From positions 44,516,001 through 44,580,000 of the forward strand of contig OX638156.1 in NCBI GenBank assembly GCA_951804945.1: a stretch of DNA of 64,000 nt, in the 5' to 3' direction. The translations under genes were made by a program, and so were the position numbers. The notes beneath the pieces were generated by a model, which did no database searches, was not told the DNA's origin, and was given only the letters and a program-made list of their open reading frames with translations. This DNA is from Podarcis cretensis. Lineage: Eukaryota. This document shows positions 36,192-48,870 of this stretch, piece after piece; position 1 is the stretch's first letter, and the number at the start of each line of letters is the position of its first letter.

Positions 36192-37876
36192 AAGCAAACA
36201 TAAGCTCTTTGCGGGGTGGGGTGGGGTGTCAAATAAATTATGAGATTCAGGACTAGCAAAAAGCAGAGGTAACTGCAATGTAATCAAAGAGAGACAGAAT
36301 TGCAAACTGTGTAGATACTTCTTTGGCACTGCTGATTTTATTTATCTGTGTGCCATATCTTTAGGCTGTGCCTCAGAAGGGTACAAAGGAATAATAAAAA
36401 TATAAAACAAACTATTTAAAACAACAAATTGACAACAGATCAAACAAAAAACAAAATAATTTCAGTGGTAGATCCATAAAGGTATAAAATAGTAAGCTGG
36501 GATATATGGGTTTTTAAAAGTCCATTTAAAAACCTCAACTGAAGGGGCCAATAGTACCTTAGTGCTCCACAAAAATACTAAGGTGGAACTGCTCTGAAAG
36601 GGTTAAAATCTGCAGAGATTTTTCTTCCACCTTTCATTTTTTAAAAAGGAAAAGTTAAGTGTTCAACTCTGGAAAGAAAACTGTCACTTTGTGTTTGCAG
36701 GTTTGTAGAAAAGCGTCCTCCCCCTTCTCCATTTAATGTAAACATTCATTAAACTAATTTGAAGTTGTCATTACTCTCCTCCCCTGCTGCTTTATATCAG
36801 ATTATTCCTAAGCGCTCAGTGAAGAGCCCCATAAACACACAGTCTATTTCCCTGCAGGGTATAATCACACAGTTTGCACTGTGATTTATGTGGTGTAGCA
36901 CTGGTGAGTGTCCTAAACTTTGAAAAGCTTCCATTCATCCTCCTGCCTTGAAACCAGCCCATAGTCTAGTCTATGCCTATCCATTCTACACATAGTTTAA
37001 GCTTCCATCCTTTGGATAAGAAATGCTGAATGACAACAAAGAGGTAGCTAATTTGCCAAGAGTAATGAGTAGCACTAATCACAATGTTAGCACGCCCTTC
37101 AAACCAACAACTTTCCTTTGAGAGTTTATCCTCGCCTCAATGAGGATTCATTATAATGCATTTAGAGAGGAGAACTAGTGCCATGTCACAATCTTCGCCC
37201 CACGTGAATACAATGAGTCCCATCTGCACACGTGAAAATGCATTTAGCCAGACCCCCTCAAGTGTCCCAATTTAATTGGGACATCCCAGATTTATAGAAG
37301 CTGCCCAGGCTTCTGAACTCAATCCAGGATACCCTGATTTTCCATGGACTGGGGCAACCTTACCGGGGTTGCTCTAGGACTTGTGGCATGTCTGGCAGGG
37401 TGAGACCTTGTACGGCCTTCTGGGGGCTGCTCTATATTGTTTTCAGCAGCCACCAGGCTCCTTAGCCACTGGTGGCCACCACATCATATGGAGATGCCCC
37501 CCCCCCAAAAAAAAAAAAAAACATCCCAGAGTGCAGTAGTATTGCAGAACTGGGCATTAACACATTGCATTGGGTGAAAACAGGAGGACAACCCTTCAGC
37601 ATGCCTAGGAAAGTAGGGGGTCCAGGACAGCAACTTATCAAAGACCTCCTCAAATCCTGGACCCAGCCTTGCTGCCTTGTCTCTCAGAAATGGAGTGAAG
37701 GCCAGAGCTGTCTCCTCCTTGGTATCACCACCCTTTCTGCCATAAATAGTAGTACAACCAGCACAGTAACACGAGAGGTATTCAGCATCTCATGAGACAT
37801 TTGGGCCTCTGGAAGGATGCAACAGGGTTGATGGGGGCTGCAAATGGATATCTCATCTTTCTCCTCCACCTTGGTA

Positions 37877-37877
37877 T

Positions 37878-37942
<65 letters not shown>
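37877..37942. repeat. (TG)13(AG)20 compound microsatellite
   Basis: Seen directly in the sequence. Confidence 0.95.
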
Positions 37943-37945
<3 letters not shown>

Positions 37946-40176
37946 AGTGTGATGGCGGTCAGGGCTGCTACAGAGGGTGGATGGGAGACCCATTACATAG
38001 TCTATTCTAAGTCCTTGTCCTAGTTCAGGCCTGCAACAGAGATGGGCAGAAAGCAGATTGGAATCTGGAGGGGAATCTCTGTGTGATTGCATTAGATCAG
38101 CATGGTTTTCTGACTTCCAACAGTTTTAATAATAGCAAGTAAAACTGCAAGTTTTGTGGTTTTTAAAATCTTTTCCACAACTGCCCTTCTGTGCTTATCT
38201 CTCAGCCTCAGTGTTCACCTAGCCAGTTTTGTCACTATGGTGAGATGTATCACTTATGTACCTATTTCAATTGTAGTAATTGTTTCCAATTTTTGCCCCT
38301 GTGCATGTAAAATAGCATATGCAAATCCTGTGCAAATCTTTTCCCCTTTTTGTCCTCTTTTCTTGTTGACACATTTGGTCTTCTTTTGGTGATGAATAAG
38401 TGAGTACCTTAGCTGGGAAGTATGTCATCTATTAAGGTTTGGGAAACATTCAGCTGCAAAAGGTGACGAACCACAATATTTTCTAATCTGAACAGCATCT
38501 TCCATCACTTTTATGCAGGGATCAGGTTTCCGCCAAAAGCCCTGTACGGAAACAGACTGGACAAAAACAAGATAATCTTGTTTCTGTGTAAAGACAGCAG
38601 GTTCCATTAATAAAAGACACAGCTAGTATTACCGACCTCTGCTGTGCTGACAAGCAAAGGAGACTTCAAAAAGATGAATTTTCCCCACAGATACAACACA
38701 GCATAGACTTAACCTATTGAGGACGGATGGAGAGTTTGTGTGTACTAAGCATGTCAGCTGCTTAGATAGTGATAAGAAACTTCTTCAGCATTCTTCTTGT
38801 ACAATTCAGAGATGGTTGGTTGTGTTCCAAACTGAGGAGGTTGTACAGATTTCGCCCCATATTGTAGTCCTGAAGGGAGTAATTTGGCTATGGAGAACCT
38901 CTCTAAAATGCATTATCTTGTCCATACTCTTAGCAGCTATTCACCTTGTCCTCCACAAAGGAAGAGATGGAAGCAGGACCACTCCACCAACTCAGCTGAG
39001 AATCCAGCTTTTCACCACCTACTTCTCAGTCAGGGCAGGATTTAGGGGGAAGAAGTCTAAGGCCTCACACTATCAAATACGCAGGAGGGCCTCCAAACAC
39101 AGTAGGGCTTGCTTATTTGGTTTTGAATTAAGTGAAGCAATACACACTACCATCTAGTGTGTGTGTGTGTGTGTCCTCCCAATAAAATCATTAACTAAAA
39201 TTTACTGCACCCATGCTCTCTCTCTCTCTCTCTCCCCTACCCCCAACCCAAACTTTTGCCATTCCATTATAAGGAAAGAATCCTTATAATTAAGGGACAA
39301 ATTTATATGTTACATTATTCACACTTTCTTTGCTTAAACCGTGCCCTTGTATTTTCAAGGGGAAAACAAAACAAAACAGTCATTGGTCCCCAATTCAGTC
39401 TAGCTTACATTTCCACTGGATGGTGCTATTTGCAATAAATAGCACAGCACCATCAAGGGCGAACAGCACCTAGAGAGGGTGAACTTTTCAGCAAGAAACT
39501 GTTATGGGGCAGAATGCATCCAGAGTCCCAAAGACACATGAATAAAGGAGAAAGAAGGCTGGGAGAAGACAGTTAAAGGCTGAAAAGGCGAGACAGAAAA
39601 CCCTTACTTGTGATTTAAGGATTAGCCAGAGGTCGGGGGAATACCTGGGTGTTAAACTGCAAGCTGAAACATCTTCCTTGGAGAGATACCTGAACCTGCC
39701 ATTCATTTCCCATGAATTTGGTCTCTAAAGCCGCCTGTGTCACCTGAACCTGATAATATATCTGGATATAGCTAAGGAACACAGACATGCCTTGGACCAT
39801 TTGAAGGAAAATACATTTTGGGCAGCTATGTGATTAGACAGCACATTGCTTTAATGTTGTGTATATGAGTATTACCCATAGTGGACAAGTATGCTGCATA
39901 TTCCAGAACTATTTTTGGACTTTGCTGCAGATGGAATCCTACAAAGTTCAAGCAAAGGAACCAGAGCAGATTCTAATCATGCCAATTTTCTTAAAGGAAA
40001 AAGGATAGGACATGCCAGCAATGGTTATTTTTGCTTCAGTAAGAACTGCTGTCAGCAAAAGCCATGTCTATAATATAGTCTATCTTCAAATGTGCCAGGT
40101 GTGTGTGTAGGCATTTAAATGAGGTTCAGATATTTGATATAGGTAGGGTTAGAATAAAACTGTATACTTTCATATA

Positions 40177-40258
40177 TTTGAGGCCTAAGTCATTTAAGGA
40201 TTTAAACGCTAACACAAGCACCTTAAATTGGGCTGGGAAACAAACTGGCAACCAATTC
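40177..40258 (-). mobile_element. L2-like ORF2 fragment
   Basis: AAGCACCTTAAATTGGGCTGGGAAACAAACTGGCAACCAAT corresponds to the reverse strand of the L2 HWLPV..R.QFKVL motif (translation WLPVCFPAQFKVL). Confidence 0.6.
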
Positions 40259-40316
40259 ATCTTGCACATTTCATTTTGAAAAATCATGTTTACAGGGAAT
40301 TTGATGTGCTTTCAAC

Positions 40317-40678
40317 CATAGGAACCATCTAAGGGGGGTCTGGGGGTCCAAGGGTCCCCCACAAAAATTCAAGAAGGGGGCTAGCCCCCCAATAAATCTG
40401 CAGCAGCCATGCGCACATATTGCACAATATGCTCACCTTAATCATGCAACTCTCATGGTGTGCCCACAGCACTCATGCATACTTCACAGCATGTGTGTGA
40501 CTGATGTCAGAACGTTGAATGATTTGCATGACTGGTGCCAGCACATTGTACGATGTGTGCACATGGCACAAGCATAGTGTGTTGACGTGTGAGCACGTCA
40601 GCACATCGCACAGCGTGCTGACGTCACTTGTGAATGATAACCCTAACCCTCAATTGTGAGAACAAGACGACACATTTA
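40317..40678. mobile_element. hAT-type non-autonomous element with internal degenerate tandem repeats
   Basis: Perfect 8-bp flanking repeat CTTTCAAC (40309-40316 and 40679-40686). CATAGG start and repeated GTGTG..TGA.GTCA units. TIR degenerate. Confidence 0.65.
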
Positions 40679-42011
40679 CTTTCAACAACAGCAAACATAC
40701 ACACACAAAAAAGGCGGCACATTTGCTTTCAATGTAGAAGACACAAAATGAGTATCCACATATGCCTGGGATGAAATCTGTACAGTTTAGCCAAATTCCT
40801 TCAAGGTGCAATAGCATGTTAATGTAAATCCTGCTTTTAAATGCTATATTGACAATAATATGAACGGAGATAAAAGAAAGACGTAGGATCCACTACTTGA
40901 CAGAATATCACCTATCTAAAGTTCATTAGGTTGTAGAAGAGAACTTAGTGAAATGTATTTTGGAGTCGTTTAAAAGACCTGCGGTCAGATGAATAGGTGT
41001 GAACTCTTTGTCATCACTGCAAGGTGAAAGAAATACAAGCCAGTAATGGGAAGAGAAAAACAACAGGAAGGTGTATGGTAAGATGTGGTGTGTCGGATGT
41101 GTAACTTTATCTTACATGCTTCATGGTTTTCCTGTTAAACTCTTCTGTAATTCACAAAGCATCAATGCTAAGAAAGTGCTGATTTATATATATAGGCTGG
41201 TTTGCCTGCTTCCTTCCTATCTTCAAAACATTACAGAGTTCTAGTGCTAAGATATAAAATGAGACTCTGCTGTGTTGAGCTGTATTTCTGGTGCCCTCAG
41301 TGCTTTTATGGCTTATGAGATACACACACTATGGTCTATACTTTGAAGGGAAAACATAAGATACAACACACAGATACCTTTCCCTGACCCTTCTAATCCT
41401 AGCTCTAAAATTTAGGGTCAAACTAGATGTTATATAAATCCCACAAATTCTTTTTAATGTGTACATTTTTGTTATGTAAAGACTGTGGGCAATAGAGAAG
41501 GGAAGCTTACATTTTTTCCTCTTTGCCATGGTCCTGTCATGGGAAGCCAGCCTCCACTGGTGCACTTCAGTTGCTGGGGTTGCATTGCTGTACCATTGAC
41601 AGTTCCAGATTGATGTTAAATAGAGTAGATGTTAAATAAAAGGGAGGATTCTTATCCTCCCATGCTCCCATAGAAGCCTATGGGACACCTGAGTCAGAGT
41701 CTGGTGCATCACCCTCTAGGGAGGACAGAACCACTGTAAAACCAAGCCAAGCGGCTCAGGTAGATACCATGGTCCAGCAGAACCAATAAGGATTGACTCT
41801 CCTACTTGTCCTGGGTAGATTATCTTCCAGAGTGATTAGGTTGTCTGTGTCTCAAAACTCATCCAGAAGATAAATTTGAGTCTAGATCATCAATGTCACA
41901 AATAAATCCCTGGAGTTGGGTCATCGTCACATCATCACCTTGCCCATTTGAGATTTGACTGGCAGCTTCTTGGCACAGTGGGATTTAAATAAGGCTGCCT
42001 CTGCTCTCAAG

Positions 42012-42437
42012 TAGGGATGGGGGATAAATCTGATTCACTTTGTATTTAAAGGTGAACCCACTAAATTCACACTTTCCTAAACACTATGCAAACTGAAACA
42101 TAGCTGTCCTTCAAAATTTGCACTACTTTGAATGTTGCAGTACAGTTCTCCAGCAAAAATGCATAGACTGGAGTAAAGTATCCATAATAATGAATTCATT
42201 ATTGAAAATATCATATAGAAACATTGCTTTAGACTAAGATGAAGTGTACATTAGGGGAAATTCCATGCAAATATGCATATTAAGAGAAATTCATGCAAAA
42301 ATACTGATGAAATTTCATGAGGACCCTTGTTGTTTTTTAAACAAGAAAAGAAAGTGAATTGATGTGGAAATTTCAAAACTGACGTGGAAACTGAACTTAA
42401 GAGTAGAAGAATATGGCACAAAACTGACATATTCTTA
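42012..42437 (+). mobile_element. Non-autonomous hAT-like DNA transposon; same family as 803-1330
   Basis: Starts TAGGGATGGG. 8-bp TSD CTCTCAAG / CTCTCAAA. Confidence 0.7.
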
Positions 42438-42849
42438 CTCTCAAATCTTGGCTACCTTTCTAACTCATTTCTATTTTGCAGTGCACGTCATACAGTATAA
42501 CCCTCTGTATCTTAAGCCAAGCCATATCTGAGTCATTTTGCTGACATATTGCCTTATCCTTTACCTCACATGTGCCTTTTTGCTCTAGAACTCCTTTAGT
42601 TGTGCTTCCTTAACATGGAATCAAACACCACCACTCTGTTGCAACTTCCAGACCACTTTTAGATGGGCTTCTAACTCTTAGATAGGCTTGTCTTGAAGCA
42701 GCTTCACCTGTGCAATATATTAAGCTGGCTTTTGGGACAAGTCTCCCAGTCTTGGTCAAAACCTGGTCAAAACAAGCTCCCCAGTTCAGTTTTCTTCACA
42801 GCAATATCAAAAGCAACACGATGTCCAGAAACAGTGACATTTTTATTAT

Positions 42850-43080
42850 TATTTGATATCCCGCTTTATCACTACCCGAAGGAGTCTCAAAGCGGCTAAC
42901 ATTCTCCTTTCCCTTCCTTCCCCACAACAAACACTCTGTGAGGTGAGTGGGGCTGAGAGACTTCAAGAAGTGTGACTGGCCCAAGGTCACCCAGCAGCTG
43001 CATGTGGAGGAGCGGAGACGCGAATCCAGTTCCCCAGATTATGAGTCTACTGCTCCTAACCACTACACCACACTGGCTCC
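42850..43080 (-). mobile_element. Squam2-type tRNA-derived CORE-SINE, near full length and well preserved
   Basis: Reverse complement: GAGCCAGTGTGGTGTAGTGGTTAGGAGC (A box), a B-box-like GGATTCGCGTCTCC, CORE GGGTGACCTTGGGCCAGTCAC...CCTCACAGAGTGTTTGTTGTG and an L2-like tail AGCCGCTTTGAGACTCC...AAAGCGGGATATCAAATAATAAT. Confidence 0.85.
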
Positions 43081-44299
43081 AGTGTGGAAAACTTAATGAA
43101 ATAATTCAAAACATCAAAACTAATAAATCTCTGAAATTCCTTAAATGAATCACGGTGCCAGACTTTACCTGGCGGAGAACAAGCTGTGAAGCTTTGTATA
43201 ATCAGCAAATGTCCAATTCTGATGTCCAACTCTGAACTCTGCTGAACAATGTTTCCAGATAACAACTACTGTTTTGTTGAATTCTTCATCAGCCAATTAG
43301 TTCAACACTCGTAAGTAGAAAGATATGTAATTTCTTCATTAACCTATCTTTTTTTCGAACAAATATAATATACATGAGAATGAAAAATACTCTAGAACAG
43401 TGCTCATGTGATTATGTAGTCACTTCACAAACATTTATCAATCTGACATGGTAAGACTGGGCCCCTCGTATTATCCTTTTGCAACCTGCACAGCTGGTCT
43501 CAAAAACTCTTGTTTCCAATTATACCCACAGATAATGTTGGGTAAATTCAGCTTCTCAGTATTAGCTTGGCCTAAGCTTGATCCCATTTGACTAATTTCC
43601 TGAATCTTAGCAGGATGCTTAAGGAACCCATTACCTTGCAAGGCTGAGGAAACCTGGGCATTTTTGTTATTTGAATTTGGCCTGCAAAAGATATTCATCA
43701 ATTCTGCCATGAATTAGAAGTTTGTGCCTAACAGACTTATTCATTAACTGCACTCACCAATCATGTATCATTTCACTGCCTAAAATACTTGCGGCTGGAA
43801 TTCATTAAGCCTCCCTTTGTAAGTGATCATGTGTCTCCTCTCCACTAAACACTGCCCATCTGATAATTGCCTAAACTAAAGCAATGAAATCTGGGACTTC
43901 CTATTTTATAGGCATATGCCATTTTGAAGCTATCTGCATGTTTATTAAACCAGAGGGAATGCTGTTTCTGTAGTATTGCTGCTGTGATTGTCACATTGTT
44001 CCTTGATCAACACTTTATGGTCAGCAGGATTCTGTGTTTATTTTTTAAAGGGAGGAGAAGCAGGTGTCTTTAAAGCTCAGATTATTTCAATAAAAGATGT
44101 TATTGTAATCTGGTTTCTACTTTTGCTGTTCTTTTAAGAATGAAACAACTACCACTGTGATAATATAAATGACAAGAATAGAGCCACTCACCCTGGACAG
44201 CTTGTGAGTAAAACAACACCAAATACACAAATATCGAAATTAAAATCAGCAAAAAATACCAAGAGAAAGCAGCAGCAACACTTTCATCACATCAGATAC

Positions 44300-44560
44300 T
44301 TCATAAAACAGGCTGGATTTAAAACACAATAAAATAGCCTGGGTAAATAAAAAGGTATATACTTGGTGTTTGAGAGACCACAGAAAAGGTACCAGGTGAC
44401 TCCAGTGAAGATATCAAAGAGCTGCAAGACCTCTCACTGGCAGACACTCACTTCACTTGTCAGGGGCATTCAGAGATCAGCAAACTCTGAAGAGGATATT
44501 AAGGTCCAGGTAGTCATATACTGAGGTGGCAGGGAGAACTTTCAAGTAACTTTGTCACTA
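44300..44560 (-). mobile_element. L2-like LINE 3' fragment, degraded
   Basis: GCCTGGGTAAATAAAAAGGT...GGTACCAGG...CTCTGAAGAGGAT resembles the L2 3' region on the reverse strand (recalled). Confidence 0.45.
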
Positions 44561-44647
44561 CTGGGTTTATTGGGTTTATATTTCAGATGGAGATTTAGGG
44601 ATTGACACAGAAGCTTTTCAGGAAACCTTTAACCATTTTAAACAAGA

Positions 44648-45124
44648 TGTTCTGGCCCCTCCAGTTTGCTACTAGACTTGTACTAAAGTGCTGGTCCCAG
44701 AAAATGCATCTGCCTTCATTCTCTCTCTCCTCACAACAACATACAAGAAGTCCCTGGTTGTTGTCTGTTGCCTGGTATTGTCACTGGTCTCAACCCAGGG
44801 ACCTTGCCTGGCGGAGGACTCCAATGAGGATGAGATACTTCTTCAGAGGGAGAACTGCCAGTGCACAGCTCAGCCATCACCCTCCAACTCAGAGGTCACC
44901 CCTTTCATCAGTGATACCTCTTTCTCTCCAGCCTCATGGAAGCCCCAAACTACAAAATAAGGCGAGGGCCCTATAAAGAGCCAGCAAGTCAGCCAGCCCC
45001 TCCAGAGAGGCGGTGCCTGCCACACTCAAGGCCTAGGTTCTTGTTCCCAGCAGCAGGGTCCTTTGGAGCTGTGCAAGGTCTTCTACAATCTCTGCTTGAT
45101 ATGGGCTCTTCACTGGACCCTGCA
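44648..45124 (-). mobile_element. Solo-LTR-like element, degraded
   Basis: The reverse complement begins TGCAGGGTCC and ends GGGGCCAGAACA, like 3606-4136. No TSD. Confidence 0.3.
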
Positions 45125-46257
45125 TCCTTTCCCTGCAAGAACTGGACTGTCTGCTCAATTGCTTCTGCTTCTTTAAACTGTTTCATATCACTGAACTCTG
45201 AAATCATATTAAATATGTACAGCATGGTGATGCGGTGTCACTATAGCATAGCATGTGGAAACAGCATCACAGAAAAACTGTCAAACACAAAGGGTGAAAG
45301 AAATAAAAGCAAAATTTGGGGTGAGTGACTTTGTCAGGAAAGTGGGTAAAAATGAACCAGAATGATGGCAGAGATATTTTGACATACCCTTAGATGAATT
45401 CCTCGTGGAAATCCACCACTGACCTTGTGCCATGACACAAAGGGATGAAATCAAGAAAGCCTGAATGGCAAGGGGTATTTATATTGGGATGGGGTGGCCA
45501 ATCTAAAATAACAGGGTGTGAGGATGCTCAGTGTTGTCCTTGAGGCACACAATACTTATCACTCTGAAAAAAAGCACTAAAAACAGTGACCAGGAGAGTA
45601 AAGGGGTGGAGAGAAAGCAGATCAAATCAGAAAGCAGCAAAAGCTTTGAAGAATTTGTTTAGGTTTAATTCCACAAATTTGTGGGTGACGGTAATAATGG
45701 TCTTTATAGGCCAAGTGGTTTAGAGAGTCATGAAAATTGAAAACATACCAAAACTAATGCTTTGCGAAAACAGTTGGTAAAATGTTTTCAGCTTGTGAAT
45801 TACAGTGGTCTTTTGCTTCTGATAATGAGTGGCAATTGCATCCTAATGCTATTTCATTGATTTCTATTCCAGTTCAGCTCCCATGCTGGGTTCAGCCTGG
45901 GTATCAAAATACAACTATCAGCTCACCATAGGAACAGCTTCGCGTAGAACTTGCTAGCTTTTTAAAGAAGAATTTTAATGGCTCTAAGAAGACAAATACG
46001 TTTCTATTATTGAAGCCCCCCCCCCAAAAAAAACCCCAACAACTGTGAGTAGGATATTATATACATGCAAAAGACCTAATTTATTTATTATTTATGTTTA
46101 GGCCACCACAGTCTGAAAAAACTTGGTGGGCTGCCTTTGGTTTCCAGGTGGGATTCCCCACCCCTGCTCTTATTCTAATTTACCAAAGTACACCACAGCA
46201 GGGCAAGGGAGCCAGGACAACTAGCAAGAAGGTGGGGCCAGAGCAGCTCATGTAAAA

Positions 46258-46377
46258 TAAGGTTAGCTAACCTGTGGTCCTTCAGATTTTGGCCTTCAAC
46301 TCCTGCCTGCCAGTGGTCAGGGATCATGAAGATTTTAGAGCAGCAACATCTAAGGAGCCACAAGTTAGCAACCCCAA
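46258..46377. mobile_element. Palindromic hAT-type MITE, degraded
   Basis: Same core as the 13269 and 52271 copies. TSD ATGTAAAA / ATATAAAA. Confidence 0.65.
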
Positions 46378-46622
46378 ATATAAAAGCAATTTTAGCTGAA
46401 GTCCAATGTTTAAGAGGCTGTTGTTGTTAGTTGAGGTGAAATGCCAAAGCAACCCCTTCCTCTAGGATAGACATTTGTCCTGCTTTACACTGAACAGTGT
46501 AAAGGCTACCCAATCCAAGTTTGGTTTAAAAATAAAGACTAATCAGAAGAAAGAATAGGTTGCCCATCAATAGTTAGCACTTTAACAGCAGACTGACAAG
46601 AATTTCCCACTAAGAGATGTAT

Positions 46623-46924
46623 TGGGTGGTTGTCAATACTAATTCTACTCAGAGTAGGCCTATTCAAGTTAATCAGAGGCAGATTTAGGGCAGCATGACC
46701 AGTTCTGCCACACTGGTCACTGAAACTAGGGGATGCCATAGGGTGTCACAACTATGACATAGTGAATGGGAGGTGAGAGGTGGGGCTGCCAAATTTTGGG
46801 CTTGCACAGGGCGCCACTGAAGTTTGAAAGACCAAAGTTTGCCCCAGAGTTGATGTACATGACTAACTTAGGTTCATTAATCTCAGTGGGTATACTCTGA
46901 GTAGGACTTAGTTGGCTGCAACCT
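46623..46924. mobile_element. Palindromic MITE interrupted by a hAT-like insertion (46674-46846)
   Basis: Host arms CTACTCAGAGTA (left) and TACTCTGAGTAG (right) are inverted repeats. An uninterrupted relative lies at 53220-53337. The insert has CAGAGGCAGATTT / AAGTTTGCCCCA ends and flanks AAGTTAAT / GAGTTGAT. Confidence 0.7.
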
Positions 46925-47936
46925 ATTGTATGAAATCACAGTAATGATCACTAAACTTGCATCTATATATATTAACAACACAGGCAAATGTAAAGCAAAT
47001 CAATGTCCTCTTCTTTGGTGGAGCATTTCCTCTTTTACCTTAGTTACCCTACTGTTGTCCCTCTCATCAAAGCCTTTTGACTTCCAGCTTGGAAGGTTGA
47101 GTAAACTGGAGAGAACACAACAGCTCTTATAATATTCCTACTTCCTTAATGCAAGTTACAAATGCATGAAGCACACCTTATAAAGCTGGTCCAAAGCGCT
47201 CTAGGATTAACTCTATTTGCATAACTCTAAATTTAATGTAGTACTTCCTTTCACTAAATTGCACTTATTTGATGAAATACAAAATCCTTTAAAAGGGTTT
47301 CCTATCCTAAACCAATTTGTGAAGTTGGATTGTGTGTGTGTGTTTTTAAAAAGTATTCTATACAACATTAAAGAAATTAAAGTGATAGGCGCATAATTAG
47401 ATTAATTATTCATATCTTCCAAGTCTCTAATTCTAATATATAACAAAAAGATTAAATATCCACTCAAAGGATTAAGCAAAAAGTCAAGCAGCAGCAGCAA
47501 CACATCTACATTACCTTGCTGTGCAAATTGGAAAAACTAATTAATCTCAAGTTTCGCTCCAAAAATGAATTAGATATTCGTTCACACTCAACTTGGGGCA
47601 CTGAACAGACATTCCAATGATGGCATGCAATGAGAACCCACTTCCTTCCTGTTCCCGAGACACACACACAAGTATTACAATAGCCCCAATTCTACTGAAG
47701 AAAATTTAAGTCTCAGATTCAGTGTACAAACGAAAGCCGACTGACTTTCTTGTTATAACTATGAAGAAAAGTACAACTCGGTAAACATCCCTGGATACTT
47801 TCATTCTGTAAAAGCTGCAGTGAATTCCACTTTAATTTTGTCTGGCTTCATTTTGCAAAAGCCTGCAGAGAAGGAGCATTTTCCTGCTTTTCATATGTCC
47901 ACAAACAAATGCTTGACCATCACATTTTGGCGGAAA

Positions 47937-47999
47937 CTAACTAGGAAAAGAGAGAACATTTGAAACAGATGTTCAAATGTTCTCTCCATTCCTAGTTAG
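47937..47999. repeat. Inverted repeat / hairpin: 28-bp arms (26/28 paired), 7-nt loop
   Basis: CTAACTAGGAAAAGAGAGAACATTTGAA-ACAGATG-TTCAAATGTTCTCTCCATTCCTAGTTAG. Confidence 0.9.
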
Positions 48000-48682
48000 A
48001 ACCCTGGCTCAGTTTCAAGTAAGGAGAATCAAGGCTGGCACATCTCACCATGAGCAATCCACTGCCTTATCGAAACCCTGCACTTTGCTGTATGCTACTA
48101 CCTCTCCCTTCTTCTAGAAGGAAAACCCATATATTGGGGAAGAAGATTAGTAGTTGACAGAAGAGTGCTCTAGAAGCAGCTGACCATTCCTCCAGGGGGA
48201 ACTTTAATTCTAGGCACACCCCACCCCCAAACTGGGGATAATGAAGCTAATGCCCTTGATCTCTAGTTGGAACTGACATTTTGAGTAAATGTTCCATCCA
48301 ATGAGATACACCTGTGCCATATATTCCTAAGTGGCACAAGAAGAGAAATAATTTTAAAGAACAGGACTTGGGTAAAGGAGAAGTCACATGCCACTGTAAC
48401 CCCCTCTTCTGGCCCCAGCTTTGAGGCACAGCAAACAGCAGAACAAGAGAGGTGTCTTCTTGGCCAAGAGGTCCTAAGGCTACCAGATGTAAAGAAATGA
48501 GACTTGACCTCATTCACAGTCAGGAAGCTGATTCACAAGATGGCTCACATGCTGCATTTACATTTGCCTTGGGTCCCCAGCGGTCAGTGGTTGGGTCTGA
48601 GCCACCATTTTCATTTCCTAGAATTTCCCTGACAGCACTACATTAAGATGACAGCTCAAATTCAGCTGCCCTGCCCTGACCA

Positions 48683-48870
48683 TAGTAAGCTGCCTTGTAC
48701 CAAGTCAGACCATTGATCCATCTAGCTCGGTATTGTCTACACTGACAACAGCAACTCTCCAGAGTTTCAGCAGAGGATATTCTCTTCCCTAGCAGGAGAT
48801 GTCATCCCTGAACCTAGGACCTTCAGCAGGCCAAGCAGTTGCTCTCCCACTGAGCTATGGCCCTTCCCCA
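48683..48870 (-). mobile_element. Squam3-type SINE, near full length
   Basis: Reverse complement begins GGGGAAGGGCCATAGCTCAGTGGGAGAGCA and ends GTGTAGACAATACCGAGCTAGATGGATCAATGGTCTGACTTGGTACAAGGCAGCTT. Confidence 0.85.

Noticed and set aside
39608-39706. Possible first coding exon on the minus strand (MNGRFRYLSKEDVSACSLTPRYSPDLWLILKSQ|GTAAGG)
   Set aside because: No recognisable homology, no promoter or CpG-island context and no partner exons identified.
48840-48870. tRNA gene-like A-box sequences (also at 43050-43080 and other SINE heads)
   Set aside because: They continue into SINE body and tail sequence and lack a complete cloverleaf, so they are SINE heads rather than tRNA genes.
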